A stretch of DNA of 36,920 nucleotides from an uncultured bacterium (lineage in GTDB: Bacteria > Hydrogenedentota > Hydrogenedentia > Hydrogenedentales > JAEUWI01): NCBI GenBank assembly GCA_963977445.1, contig CAXBPH010000038.1, forward strand, positions 1 to 36,920, read 5' to 3'. The notes under the pieces were generated by a model. That model saw only the letters and a list, made by a program, of their open reading frames with translations. It was not told the DNA's origin and did not search any database. Below are positions 19,196 through 28,115 of the stretch, in pieces. The first letter of the stretch is position 1. The number at the start of each line of letters is the position of its first letter. The position numbers were made by a program, and so were the translations under genes.

Positions 19196-19372
19196 ATGAA
19201 CCACACACGTGCCTTGAGCCGCCGTCCCCAGATGGCCCAGAATGGGGTTACGACCCCGGCTGAATCGGCGGTCCTTACCTTCTTGACCATATTCTTCAGC
19301 AGCTGGATAAATGGGCCGTCGGTCATTCGGACGCTCTCCAGTTTCTATGCGAAGACGCCAGAAGGCTACTGA
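19196..19372 (+). CDS. Small 58-aa hypothetical peptide
   Basis: AAGGAAG RBS 7 nt before the ATG; basic N-terminus plus hydrophobic core; strong hairpin right after the stop. Confidence 0.6.
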   Translation: MNHTRALSRRPQMAQNGVTTPAESAVLTFLTIFFSSWINGPSVIRTLSSFYAKTPEGY

Positions 19373-19373
19373 C

Positions 19374-19413
19374 AAAAAAAACGTGGGATGCTCTCGATGG
19401 AGAGCATCCCACG
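19374..19413 (-). terminator. Rho-independent terminator (PPIase gene; possibly bidirectional)
   Basis: 14-bp perfect stem CGTGGGATGCTCTC/GAGAGCATCCCACG plus T8 on the minus strand, between convergent genes. Confidence 0.88.
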
Positions 19414-19438
19414 ATATCTGCATGGGGCTGGGCGAATA

Positions 19439-19981
19439 TTATTCTGCTTTTGATTCGGCGGCGGGTGCCTTGCCCCCACCGTGGCGCTCTTCCTGGACCC
19501 GTTGATCCAATTCCTGCTCATATTCGTCGGCGTCGGAAATGTACCGGCTCTCGACGACGATCAAGTGGAAACCATAGCTTGTCTGGATAATGTCGCTGAG
19601 CTCGCCGATGGGGGCACTCCAGACAAACTTCTCGTAGTTTTCCTCGAAGGTACCCCGTCGTTGGGGGGGAATATATCCACCTTGGGAACCACTACCCGGA
19701 TCGTCGGAATATTGACGGGCCAGACTTTCAAAATTCTCCCCATCCACGACGCGCTGACGAATCTCCTGGATCAGTTTCAGCGCCCGGGATCGATCTGCGG
19801 GATCGGCCTTATTGAAGCCGATGAGGATGTGCTTCGAGGCCACTTCCGAATTGGTCGGTCGCAGATCGCCTTGAAAGGCGATAATGGCCAGCATCAAGAC
19901 AAAAATGGAGATTACGCCAATCCAGATGTGTTTGGTGTAGTCTTTTGGTTCTTCCGGTGTGACGTCGTTGTCCAGGGACAT
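19439..19981 (-). CDS. Membrane-anchored parvulin-type peptidyl-prolyl isomerase
   Basis: ASKHILI, FESLARQYSDDPGSGSQGG, IIQTSYGFHLI; one N-terminal TM; AAGGAGG RBS. Confidence 0.92.
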   Translation of the reverse strand: MSLDNDVTPEEPKDYTKHIWIGVISIFVLMLAIIAFQGDLRPTNSEVASKHILIGFNKADPADRSRALKLIQEIRQRVVDGENFESLARQYSDDPGSGSQGGYIPPQRRGTFEENYEKFVWSAPIGELSDIIQTSYGFHLIVVESRYISDADEYEQELDQRVQEERHGGGKAPAAESKAE

Positions 19982-20122
19982 GGTATAACTACCTCCTTAT
20001 GGCCGGGCCGTAGAGACCCGTCTATATAATCCAATATGAACTAAGAAAAAGCACGTGTCGCCAGGGAGCCCCTGGCCGACAGAATTTATCAACTATTGAT
20101 TGACCGATATGCCCTCAATCAC

Positions 20123-21151
20123 TCAGGGCATGATACTGTCGAGCATTTTGTAGTACTGCGAAAAATAGGATATGACAATGTAGCCGACGAGCCCACCCAT
20201 GGCGAGGCCGATCAGCGTACTCATGACCTTGGTCGCAATGCCCATGGCATGCTGACCTTCTTCCAAATGGTATTGGGCAACTTTTTGTAAGGACGCTTCC
20301 AGATTACCGGAGCGCTCCCCCACTTCCAGCATTTCGCGGGCCATGGGGCTGAGACTGCGGCAGGGCGCAAAGGCCTCCACGAGGGTGGCCCCTTCGCCTA
20401 CCCGGGGGATGGCCGTCAGGAGATCGCGCTCCATGCGGGCATTGCCCGAGATGGCGGCGGCATTGCCGATGCAGGATTTGATGTTCATCCCACTGCCCAC
20501 CAACAAGGCGAAGCTGCGGAAGAATCGGGCCAGGCTGAATTTCTTGTTGACCACGTTCAGGGGCCAGACGTAACTGATGAGGGTACCGAACCCAAAGCGA
20601 AGCACACCCAGCCGGGAGAGGATGAACAGGGTGAGGAGTATGGCGGCCAGGACCAACATGGAAATGCCCTGAAAACGAAAATAGCCGTCAAAATACTCGC
20701 CCAAATCAAAGGGTTTTCTCGAGTCCAGATTGATACTACCGATGAGGCCCAGCGCAAAGGTGCCGAGAAACCAGGCGGCGGTGAGTTGAATCATGGGATA
20801 CACCATGGAGCCCACAATTTTTCGCTGCATGCTGAGGCGATCTTCATAATAATCGGCCAGATCGCGGAGCATGATATCGAGACGTCCGCCCAATTCACCG
20901 GAATGGAGCAACTCGATGAAGAAGCGCGGCAGGTATTTCTGCTGCTTCCGGGCCGCGTCGCTCAGGGTGGACCCATTTCGCGCATCGGCGGCCATATCGC
21001 GGAAGACCTGCTTGGCCCGGCTCTCCCTGGAATTCTCTGACATGAGCTCCAGGGTGCGCACGATGGGCAGGCCCGCATCATAGCTGGTGGCCATCTGACG
21101 GCACAGGGGGACCAATTGCTTGGCCGAAATTTCGCTTGTCATCAAACCCAT
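20123..21151 (-). CDS. PilC/GspF-family inner-membrane platform protein
   Basis: RQMATSYDAGLP, GELGGRLD, SMVYP, ARFFRSFALLVGSG, GERSGNLE; two T2SSF repeats. Confidence 0.93.
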   Translation of the reverse strand: MGLMTSEISAKQLVPLCRQMATSYDAGLPIVRTLELMSENSRESRAKQVFRDMAADARNGSTLSDAARKQQKYLPRFFIELLHSGELGGRLDIMLRDLADYYEDRLSMQRKIVGSMVYPMIQLTAAWFLGTFALGLIGSINLDSRKPFDLGEYFDGYFRFQGISMLVLAAILLTLFILSRLGVLRFGFGTLISYVWPLNVVNKKFSLARFFRSFALLVGSGMNIKSCIGNAAAISGNARMERDLLTAIPRVGEGATLVEAFAPCRSLSPMAREMLEVGERSGNLEASLQKVAQYHLEEGQHAMGIATKVMSTLIGLAMGGLVGYIVISYFSQYYKMLDSIMP

Positions 21152-21488
21152 GGCGCTACCAGGTTCTCCACTGCCTTACCTATACCGACACGGGTAACAC
21201 CCGACGGATCCGGTTCATAGAATTCGCATTGTAGCAAAATCCGGGAAATTGTCAAAACTCGGTGTTCCATGGCGCAATGGAGCAGATAGGGGGATCCCGT
21301 GCCCACAGGGATGGCGGGGCTTCAAATTGACCCAAAGGTGCCCGGCATAAACCCACGGGCAAGTCTCGCGGACTTGTCCGTGCCACCCCGACGTGGTTGA
21401 TGAGGCCCTGGGTGCTTCCTGGTGGACTTGGGGTCAATCACGTGGCACAGACGGTGGTGTGCCAACAAGATTGACTTGGTACACCCTG

Positions 21489-21646
21489 CGTGCCGCGCGA
21501 TCCTGTACTCAGGTTCGTGCGTGTGGATGCAACGGTGACGCTTACGTTCGGTTATGTTGGGTGTGAGCACGATCAGCCCCCAAACTACCGGGAGCTCTGC
21601 GTGGTTTACCCGCACACGAACCGACGTTGTCGGATCGCGTGGCACG
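21489..21646. repeat. Second REPIN-like pair of the CGTGCC hairpin family
   Basis: CGTGCCGCGCGATCCTGTACTCAGGTTCGTGCG (21489-21521) and a diverged inverted copy at 21613-21646; truncated copy at 21868-21883. Confidence 0.75.
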
Positions 21647-21700
21647 GTACATGGGGCTGCTCCACGAAGAACCTATCCACAAGAATTTATGGTCTACAGT

Positions 21701-21784
21701 GTCCTTCCCGCGAACGCGGGAATCCAGAGGGTATTCTCGGTTTTTGTGTTCGCGTTTCTGGATCCCCGCGTTCGCGAGGATGAC
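21701..21784. repeat. dRS3/RPE-like palindromic element
   Basis: GTCCTTCCCGCGAACGCGGGAATCCAG (21701-21727) inverted against CTGGATCCCCGCGTTCGCGAGGATGAC (21758-21784). Confidence 0.8.
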
Positions 21785-21904
21785 GGCCTTCGGACCTTTT
21801 TCATACGCTTGCTCCCGTTGGAGTAAATCGACCGCCCCATGTTGCCCCAACTTGGTCTGGTAGTCTTGCACACGAACCGACGTGCCATCCGTACGAATCT
21901 ATAG

Positions 21905-21936
21905 AAAAAGGCCCCCGATCCGTATCGGGGGCCTTT
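21905..21936 (-). terminator. Rho-independent terminator of the thioester-protein gene
   Basis: AAAGGCCCCCGAT/ATCGGGGGCCTTT stem with a T tract on the minus strand, ~20 bp after the stop. Confidence 0.85.
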
Positions 21937-21954
21937 GTCGGTGACTTTCTGTGT

Positions 21955-24900
21955 CTAATTCACTTCCAGGGTCACCGGGGCCGAGGCGGCTTCCATTTCG
22001 GTGTTGTAGTAGGCATAAACCCGGGACGGGGGCGTTTGGGCCTTCAGGGGGAACTTGGCCCGGAGGCCGTAGCTGAAGTTCAGGGTCGCATTGCCCATAA
22101 TCTCCTCGAAGTAGAGGATGATCTGTCGTCCCGCCACGTCGTAGCGGCTGATTTGACCGTCCGTGACCAGTTTATCGAGGTCGCCACGCTCCACCTGGAA
22201 GCCCGGCGGCACCCCGAGGTCGACGATGGTCATTTCGGTCTGAGCGGGCAGGTTGTTCTTCACCGTGACCGAGGCCGTCACGAGGTCATTCACGGCGAGT
22301 TTGGTCTTGTCATAGGCCACGTCGATGCTGAAGGGCGCGGCCTGGGGCTTCCGACCTGTCCAAGGCGTATAGTGGCGTCCCACCACCTGGTAGAGCATGC
22401 TGCCTTCGCCACTGAACTCAATGCGGACCCGGTTGGCTCCGAGCCGCGTAAGGTCGCCAGCGTCTACGAGACGCATGACATCGGCGTTGTCTTCGGTGAC
22501 CTGGAACTCGCTCACCACGGCGTCATTGACCAGAACCCGAACGGTGGCGTTCACCGCTTTGGTCTGGTGTTGGAGCGACAAGGTGAGGGCCTTCAGGGCG
22601 AGGATGGTGGATTGGGTAGAACCCCAGTGTCCGCTCGCTTCTTTTTTCTGGATGAGCCAGGTAAGGGCCTCCGTCGTGGTGTCCGCGTATTTTCCTGCTT
22701 TCATGAAGGCGATGGCTGTGAGGGCCGTGGCCTCCACATCGGCGGCATCTCCGTGGGTGAAGGTCACGGTGGCCGTTCCCTTCCAGTGGGTGATCTTGTC
22801 TTCGCTGACCTTCATGCCATGGAGCTTTTCCAAGACGCTCCGTGTGGTGCCATCGTCAGCATCCCACGAAACCAGGGCATTGGCGACCAGGGCGAGGGTG
22901 TAGGCGTCTTCGGCCTTCTGCCAATGCTGCTTGAGGTATTGCATGGCCCGGTCGATACTCGGGTCGGTCTTGCCGCTGGTGAGGAGGGCGTCGGCGATGT
23001 AGGCCGTTACGAGCACGTCGCTACCCTGGATGTTGCCCCAGGATTCGGCATGGAGATAGTTGGCGTCTGGTTTCCAACTGCCATCCGACGCCTGTTGTTC
23101 CAAGAGCCAGGCATGGGTCCGGCGCATGACATCGGGGTCCACTTCATGGACCCTGGCCATGTCGTAGAATTCCTTGAGTCCATAGGCCGTCAGGATTTTG
23201 TTGGCCGGGGCTTCCCCAAACCAGGAAAAGCCACCGCCGTCTACCTCATAGGTGAGGAGACGTTGATACCCGGCACTGATGAACCCTTCGGCCTTCAACT
23301 GGAGTTCGGGGTTTATCTGTTCCGTGTCTTTCATATATTGAACGATGAGTATGTTGGGATAGGTGGTCGAACTGGTCTGTTCGAAGCAACCCGAAGGCAT
23401 CTGAAGCATGCTGTCGAGGCCGTCCACAATCTGGCTGAAGACACCGGGATACACCCGTACGAGGATCTTCTGTGCGCCTGCCACACTGTTGTCGGGGATG
23501 GTGATGGTGTGGTCGACGGTGGCCGAAAGACGATCACTCACGCTGACTTCCACCTTTTCGCCGTCGGGGGCCACTTCGACGTCACGGCGGATGGCGTCTT
23601 CCATGGTCTTACCATGGGCGAAGACAGTGAGCTTGTGGTGGCCCAGTTCCTTCACCGTGATGGGGAAGTACAGGGCACGTACTTCACCGGCACCAAGACG
23701 AACCGTAACTTCACTATCGCCGTCCAGGGTGAACCAATCTTCGGTCTCGAATACAAGGCGAACCTCCTGGGCGTCGTCGAGGTAGTTGTAGAGCACCACG
23801 GGGATAGACACCTGGTCATTCTGGGTAAGGAAGACGGGCAGATCGAGGTCTACGAAGAATTCCTGGAAGACCCGGAGAGGCGTTTCGGTGCTGCCCAAAG
23901 CGCCGGACGCATTGGATGCCATGGTCGTCATGCGCCAGGTGGTAATGCTGTCGGCGAGGCCCACGGCCATGGTGGCCTGTCCCTGACCATCGGTAATGAG
24001 GGCGGGCTCAAAAAGGAGGGTCTCGGGGAAGTACTCCCGGATGCGTACCGGCCCGACGCTTTCGGACGGGTCGTCGTTTTCCTTCAATTCCATCACAACG
24101 GCACGGGCAGCTCCATCCGCCATGACCATGGGTGCCGCCATGGCTGCTTCCGGCATGGCAAGTTCCTGCTCCCCTTTGAAAAGCTTTCTCACACCGCGAT
24201 TACGGATACCGCCACCGAAGCCCCCGGCACGGCGCCCGACAAGCTCGGGGGAATCGGGGGAAATATCGTCCGCCGTATTCTCGATACCATCGGGGCCTTT
24301 GGAGTGCATCTGGAACCAGCCCCCGGTGTTTTCCACCTGATCCAGGTCGAAGAGATAGCGGTTGCCCCAGGGATCTTCCAGATCCCGTGCGGATATAAAC
24401 TTGCGACGGAGCAGGGTGTCCATCATGTCGCCCGGTGCCTTCCAGTTATTTTTTTCGAGGTAGCGCACGATAACTTTGGCGATACGCTCGTAGTCCTGGC
24501 CGATTCGTTCGGCCAGGGCCGTCTCGGAGGCGGCGCGCTTTGCGGTGAAACTGTTCTGGTGGATAGGCGGTGCCGGGGGTGTTTCGGCGGAGGCCAGCAA
24601 TACCCTGGCCGCCTCCTGCTGACGATCATCCCAACGCATGGGTCGGGGCTGGGGCTCCACGGGATCGGTAATCAGGGTGTCGAGGTGGTACCCGTGAATT
24701 TCATAGCGGGGCTTCATGATCTCCTGTTCCAGGGTGAAGAAAACCTTCTCCAGACCGGGGTGGAGCTCCTGCAAGGCAAATACGCTCTCGTCCACGATGG
24801 AAATGCCCAAGGCCGCTGCCGTGGGCCGACCCTGCTTGTCGGTGACCGCGAAATTCAGCAGGGCCTCTTCCCCGGGACGGTAGGTGTCGTGATCCATGGA

Positions 24901-26856
24901 AATGGTGAGCTGCAGCTGGTCCGCCGGGTTGATATAGAGCAACCGGGCATCGCGGATGAGATCGGTGGTTGGGGACAAAATGTAGGCATGGAGGACCACA
25001 CTGCCCATCAGGCCGGGGTCCAGATCCATATCCAGGGTGGCCCGGCCCATGGTCAGGGTGGCGCTGCGGGTCATGACGGTCTGGCCTTCGCGCACCAGGT
25101 CGAAATAGACATTGCCCCGCTGTTTGGTGGAAATGACTTCGGCATGGAGCCCTTCCCCAGCGGCGTAGAGGGTCTTGTCCGTGCGGATAAGGAGGGCATG
25201 TTCTCCTGTCGTGGAGGAAAGGGTCGCATTGTGGTTCAGGGTATGGCCTTGCGGGTCTTTCACATGAAGGGAGAGGGTTGTCTCGCCGGCCTTGGGGGTG
25301 AAGCGGAGGGTGCCCACGCCCAGGGCATCGGTTTTCACTTCGACGGTGGTATCGAGCCGATCGCTGGCCACGGAAACAACGGCACCATCCACCGGGCTAC
25401 CGTCGGGGCGTGCCACGAGCAAGTAAACGTCGTTTTCCACGCCGGGAGCGAGGTTTCCCCCTTCCGCGATGGCGTGGACCTGTATGTCGGAGGCGGCCAC
25501 CGATTTCATGACGCTTTTCAGCTCGATGTGATCCGCCGTGTCGGTAACTTCCACTTCGAGTCGCACGGAGGCCTGGCCCTGCTCCAACTCGGTGCCTACG
25601 AAATGATCCGGCAGGGGCAGGCTGAAGGACCAGTGACCATTCTCATCCAGGGTGCCATTTAATTCGCTGAAGGTATCGAAATTGACCACAAACGAAGAGG
25701 CCTTAATCGTGACGGAGCCGCCCGCTACGGGTTTCCCAAAGAAATAGTCGGATTGAATCTCCCCCGTTAACGTGTCGCCCGGACGGTAGAAATTTCGGTC
25801 GGTTGTGACGTCAATTTCGAACTTCGGGAGCACGTAGCGGTCCACCGTGACGACTTTTTCGCTCTGGTCATCGCCGAGGATGGCGCGGACTGTGTAGGTG
25901 CCGAGATTGACCTCGGTGGCGAGCTGGAAGCGCGCCGAGGCGATACCGAAGGTGTCGGTGTTGCCCGTTTCCTTGAAGACCTTGTTGCCCTTTCCATCCA
26001 TGACCTCCATGGTGAGGGTCTGGTCTGCTGCGGGCTTGAGACTGCCCGCATCGAGGGACAGGGTTCGCATCTCTATATACTGGCCGGGCTGGTACTGGGG
26101 CTTGTCCGTGCTGAGGAGTATTTTGTTCTTGTTCTTTACCGAGACGGGCTGTTCCAAGTAGTCATCGCCATAGCCCGTAGCGGCGAGTCGGATTTCCAGC
26201 ACGCAATTGCCGTGGTATTTGGGTGACACTTCAAAGGCCGCCTCCAGACTGCCATCCTCATTGGTCTTACCCTGATAGAGGGGGTAGCGATCCGTATCGT
26301 TGACCAGCGTTAACTCGGCATCGGCTCCGGCGACGGGTGCCCCCGTGGCGTGGTTACGTGCCACGAGTTGAACGGCGGCCGTGCTGCCCACGAGCATGTC
26401 GGGGAAGCCCACGAGGCGAGTTTCCAACTGGGGCAGGGTGTCTATGACGAGAAATCCACCCTGCTCCTGGTCATTGCCCGCACCCAGGGTGTATTGGATG
26501 ACGCTGTCGGCATAGTGCTCCGGTCGCAGGAGTCCCCCCAGGGGCAACACAATGGTATTCTCCCCCGGTTCCAGCCGGACCCGCTGAGAGGCCGCGACCC
26601 GATCCTGCCCGGCCAGACTGCGGACCGAAACCTTGAAGAGCTCGTTGGACGTAACGTTTCGGGGGTTGGTAATGACCGCATGGGCCACCAACTCTCCCTG
26701 ATCCGGTCGCAATTCGAAGCGACTCCGGTCTACCCGGGTGGCGGATTCATTTTCCTGGGCAAGGACGGGTGTCAGGTCCCATTGAGCCACCTGGCTCCCC
26801 ATCAACGCGAGCAACAATGCCACGCCTATCCAAACATGTCTATGATCGACTTTCAT
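21955..26856 (-). CDS. Secreted alpha-2-macroglobulin/complement-like thioester protein
   Basis: STDKPQYQPGQ, YVLPKF, VDESV, REYFPET, DSITTW, thioester GCFEQ (23377-23391), GYQRLLTY, STQSTILAL, YAYY. Sec-type signal; start ATG 26856 after GGAGG. Confidence 0.95.
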   Translation of the reverse strand: MKVDHRHVWIGVALLLALMGSQVAQWDLTPVLAQENESATRVDRSRFELRPDQGELVAHAVITNPRNVTSNELFKVSVRSLAGQDRVAASQRVRLEPGENTIVLPLGGLLRPEHYADSVIQYTLGAGNDQEQGGFLVIDTLPQLETRLVGFPDMLVGSTAAVQLVARNHATGAPVAGADAELTLVNDTDRYPLYQGKTNEDGSLEAAFEVSPKYHGNCVLEIRLAATGYGDDYLEQPVSVKNKNKILLSTDKPQYQPGQYIEMRTLSLDAGSLKPAADQTLTMEVMDGKGNKVFKETGNTDTFGIASARFQLATEVNLGTYTVRAILGDDQSEKVVTVDRYVLPKFEIDVTTDRNFYRPGDTLTGEIQSDYFFGKPVAGGSVTIKASSFVVNFDTFSELNGTLDENGHWSFSLPLPDHFVGTELEQGQASVRLEVEVTDTADHIELKSVMKSVAASDIQVHAIAEGGNLAPGVENDVYLLVARPDGSPVDGAVVSVASDRLDTTVEVKTDALGVGTLRFTPKAGETTLSLHVKDPQGHTLNHNATLSSTTGEHALLIRTDKTLYAAGEGLHAEVISTKQRGNVYFDLVREGQTVMTRSATLTMGRATLDMDLDPGLMGSVVLHAYILSPTTDLIRDARLLYINPADQLQLTISMDHDTYRPGEEALLNFAVTDKQGRPTAAALGISIVDESVFALQELHPGLEKVFFTLEQEIMKPRYEIHGYHLDTLITDPVEPQPRPMRWDDRQQEAARVLLASAETPPAPPIHQNSFTAKRAASETALAERIGQDYERIAKVIVRYLEKNNWKAPGDMMDTLLRRKFISARDLEDPWGNRYLFDLDQVENTGGWFQMHSKGPDGIENTADDISPDSPELVGRRAGGFGGGIRNRGVRKLFKGEQELAMPEAAMAAPMVMADGAARAVVMELKENDDPSESVGPVRIREYFPETLLFEPALITDGQGQATMAVGLADSITTWRMTTMASNASGALGSTETPLRVFQEFFVDLDLPVFLTQNDQVSIPVVLYNYLDDAQEVRLVFETEDWFTLDGDSEVTVRLGAGEVRALYFPITVKELGHHKLTVFAHGKTMEDAIRRDVEVAPDGEKVEVSVSDRLSATVDHTITIPDNSVAGAQKILVRVYPGVFSQIVDGLDSMLQMPSGCFEQTSSTTYPNILIVQYMKDTEQINPELQLKAEGFISAGYQRLLTYEVDGGGFSWFGEAPANKILTAYGLKEFYDMARVHEVDPDVMRRTHAWLLEQQASDGSWKPDANYLHAESWGNIQGSDVLVTAYIADALLTSGKTDPSIDRAMQYLKQHWQKAEDAYTLALVANALVSWDADDGTTRSVLEKLHGMKVSEDKITHWKGTATVTFTHGDAADVEATALTAIAFMKAGKYADTTTEALTWLIQKKEASGHWGSTQSTILALKALTLSLQHQTKAVNATVRVLVNDAVVSEFQVTEDNADVMRLVDAGDLTRLGANRVRIEFSGEGSMLYQVVGRHYTPWTGRKPQAAPFSIDVAYDKTKLAVNDLVTASVTVKNNLPAQTEMTIVDLGVPPGFQVERGDLDKLVTDGQISRYDVAGRQIILYFEEIMGNATLNFSYGLRAKFPLKAQTPPSRVYAYYNTEMEAASAPVTLEVN

Positions 26857-26907
26857 ACTCTTGCCTCCGTGAGCGGCGTAGCGCTCGTTAATCACATGCT
26901 ATTGGTG

Positions 26908-26936
26908 TTTGATCCGGCTTTCCTTGAAACAGTTCC
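26908..26936 (-). promoter_or_regulatory. Candidate ECF (sigmaE-like) promoter of the thioester-protein gene
   Basis: Minus strand GGAACTG-16 nt-ATCAAA versus RpoE consensus GGAACTT-N16-GTCAAA, ~50 bp before the start. Confidence 0.45.
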
Positions 26937-27191
26937 TCAGGGCGGGACGCGCCGCGGGGGAACAGGTCCTTTGACACCGGAAATGCGAGGCGGTTCGGCG
27001 TTGTCCAAAATCAGGGGTCCACAAGAGGCGCGCGCTTTCCCGACGGCGTGGGTTCGGAGTCAGGCTCCTGGCGAGGTGCCGTCATTGAAGCTCAGTCCAC
27101 CGTCGCGTAAACTACAAGCCCGTGGTCATGTACCCAGTGCTTCCATCGGAAGCCATGCCCGTTGGGGCGAAACCCGAAGAACGAAACAAAC

Positions 27192-28115
27192 ATGATTCGA
27201 TTTATCCTCAAACGCATCGCCACCTTCATCCCCGTGTTGCTGGCGATTATTACCATCACCTTCTTTATGGTGCGGATTGCGCCGGGCGGGCCCTTTGACG
27301 AGGAGCGGAAGGTGCCGGAAGAGACGTTGCGCCAGTTGCAGAAGGCCTACAATCTCGATGCACCCCTCTACCGCCAGTACCTCGATTATCTTGGTGGCGT
27401 AGTAACGGGCGATTTGGGGCCCTCCTTTAAGAAGCCCAGTCGGACGGTGTCGGAGTGGATTGTCTTGAAGTTGCCTGTCTCCCTGGAGCTGGGGTGCTAT
27501 GCCTTGTTGATCGCCTTATGCATTGGCCTGCCGGCGGGCATCCTGGCGGCGACCCGACCCAACACGATGCAGGATTATGTGCCCATGTCCTTTGCCATGG
27601 GCGGCATTTGCATCCCGAATTTCGTGTTGGGACCTTTGCTGGTGCTCGTCTTTTCCCTGTGGCTCGGGTGGCTGCCCGTGACGGGATGGAATACACCCGC
27701 GGAAAAAATTCTGCCTTCCTTCACGCTGGGTGCGGTCTATGCCGCCTATATCGCCCGACTGACCCGGGGCGGCATGCTGGAGGTGATGGGGCAGGACTAT
27801 ATACGCACGGCCCGGGCTAAGGGGCTCAGCGAAACGGCAGTGGTCCTGAGGCATGGCCTTCGTGGCGGCCTCCTGCCGGTGATTGCCTACCTGGGACCGG
27901 CGACAGCGGGCCTCTTGACGGGCTCCTTTGTGATAGAGAAGATTTTTCTCATCCCCGGTTTGGGTCGGGAGTTTGTGGATGCGGCCTTCAACCGGGATTA
28001 CACCATGATCATGGGTACGGTGCTGGTCCTGGCGGCCCTGGTGCTGGTTTTGAACCTCGTGGCCGATATTCTCCAGGCCCTGCTTGATCCCCGTGTACGG
28101 ATGTCCATGAAATGA
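27192..28115 (+). CDS. oppB: Oligopeptide ABC transporter permease
   Basis: MIRFILKR...APGGPF, GDLGPSF, DYIRTARAKGL (EAA loop), VIEKIF.IPGLG, LLDPRVR. Confidence 0.92.
   Translation: MIRFILKRIATFIPVLLAIITITFFMVRIAPGGPFDEERKVPEETLRQLQKAYNLDAPLYRQYLDYLGGVVTGDLGPSFKKPSRTVSEWIVLKLPVSLELGCYALLIALCIGLPAGILAATRPNTMQDYVPMSFAMGGICIPNFVLGPLLVLVFSLWLGWLPVTGWNTPAEKILPSFTLGAVYAAYIARLTRGGMLEVMGQDYIRTARAKGLSETAVVLRHGLRGGLLPVIAYLGPATAGLLTGSFVIEKIFLIPGLGREFVDAAFNRDYTMIMGTVLVLAALVLVLNLVADILQALLDPRVRMSMK

Noticed and set aside
21673..21681. Isolated DnaA-box-like CTATCCACA
   Set aside because: A single mismatched box inside a repeat region; expected by chance.
22036..25662. 1208-aa plus-strand ORF
   Set aside because: Antisense shadow of the thioester-protein gene; no recognisable motifs; expected in GC-rich coding DNA.
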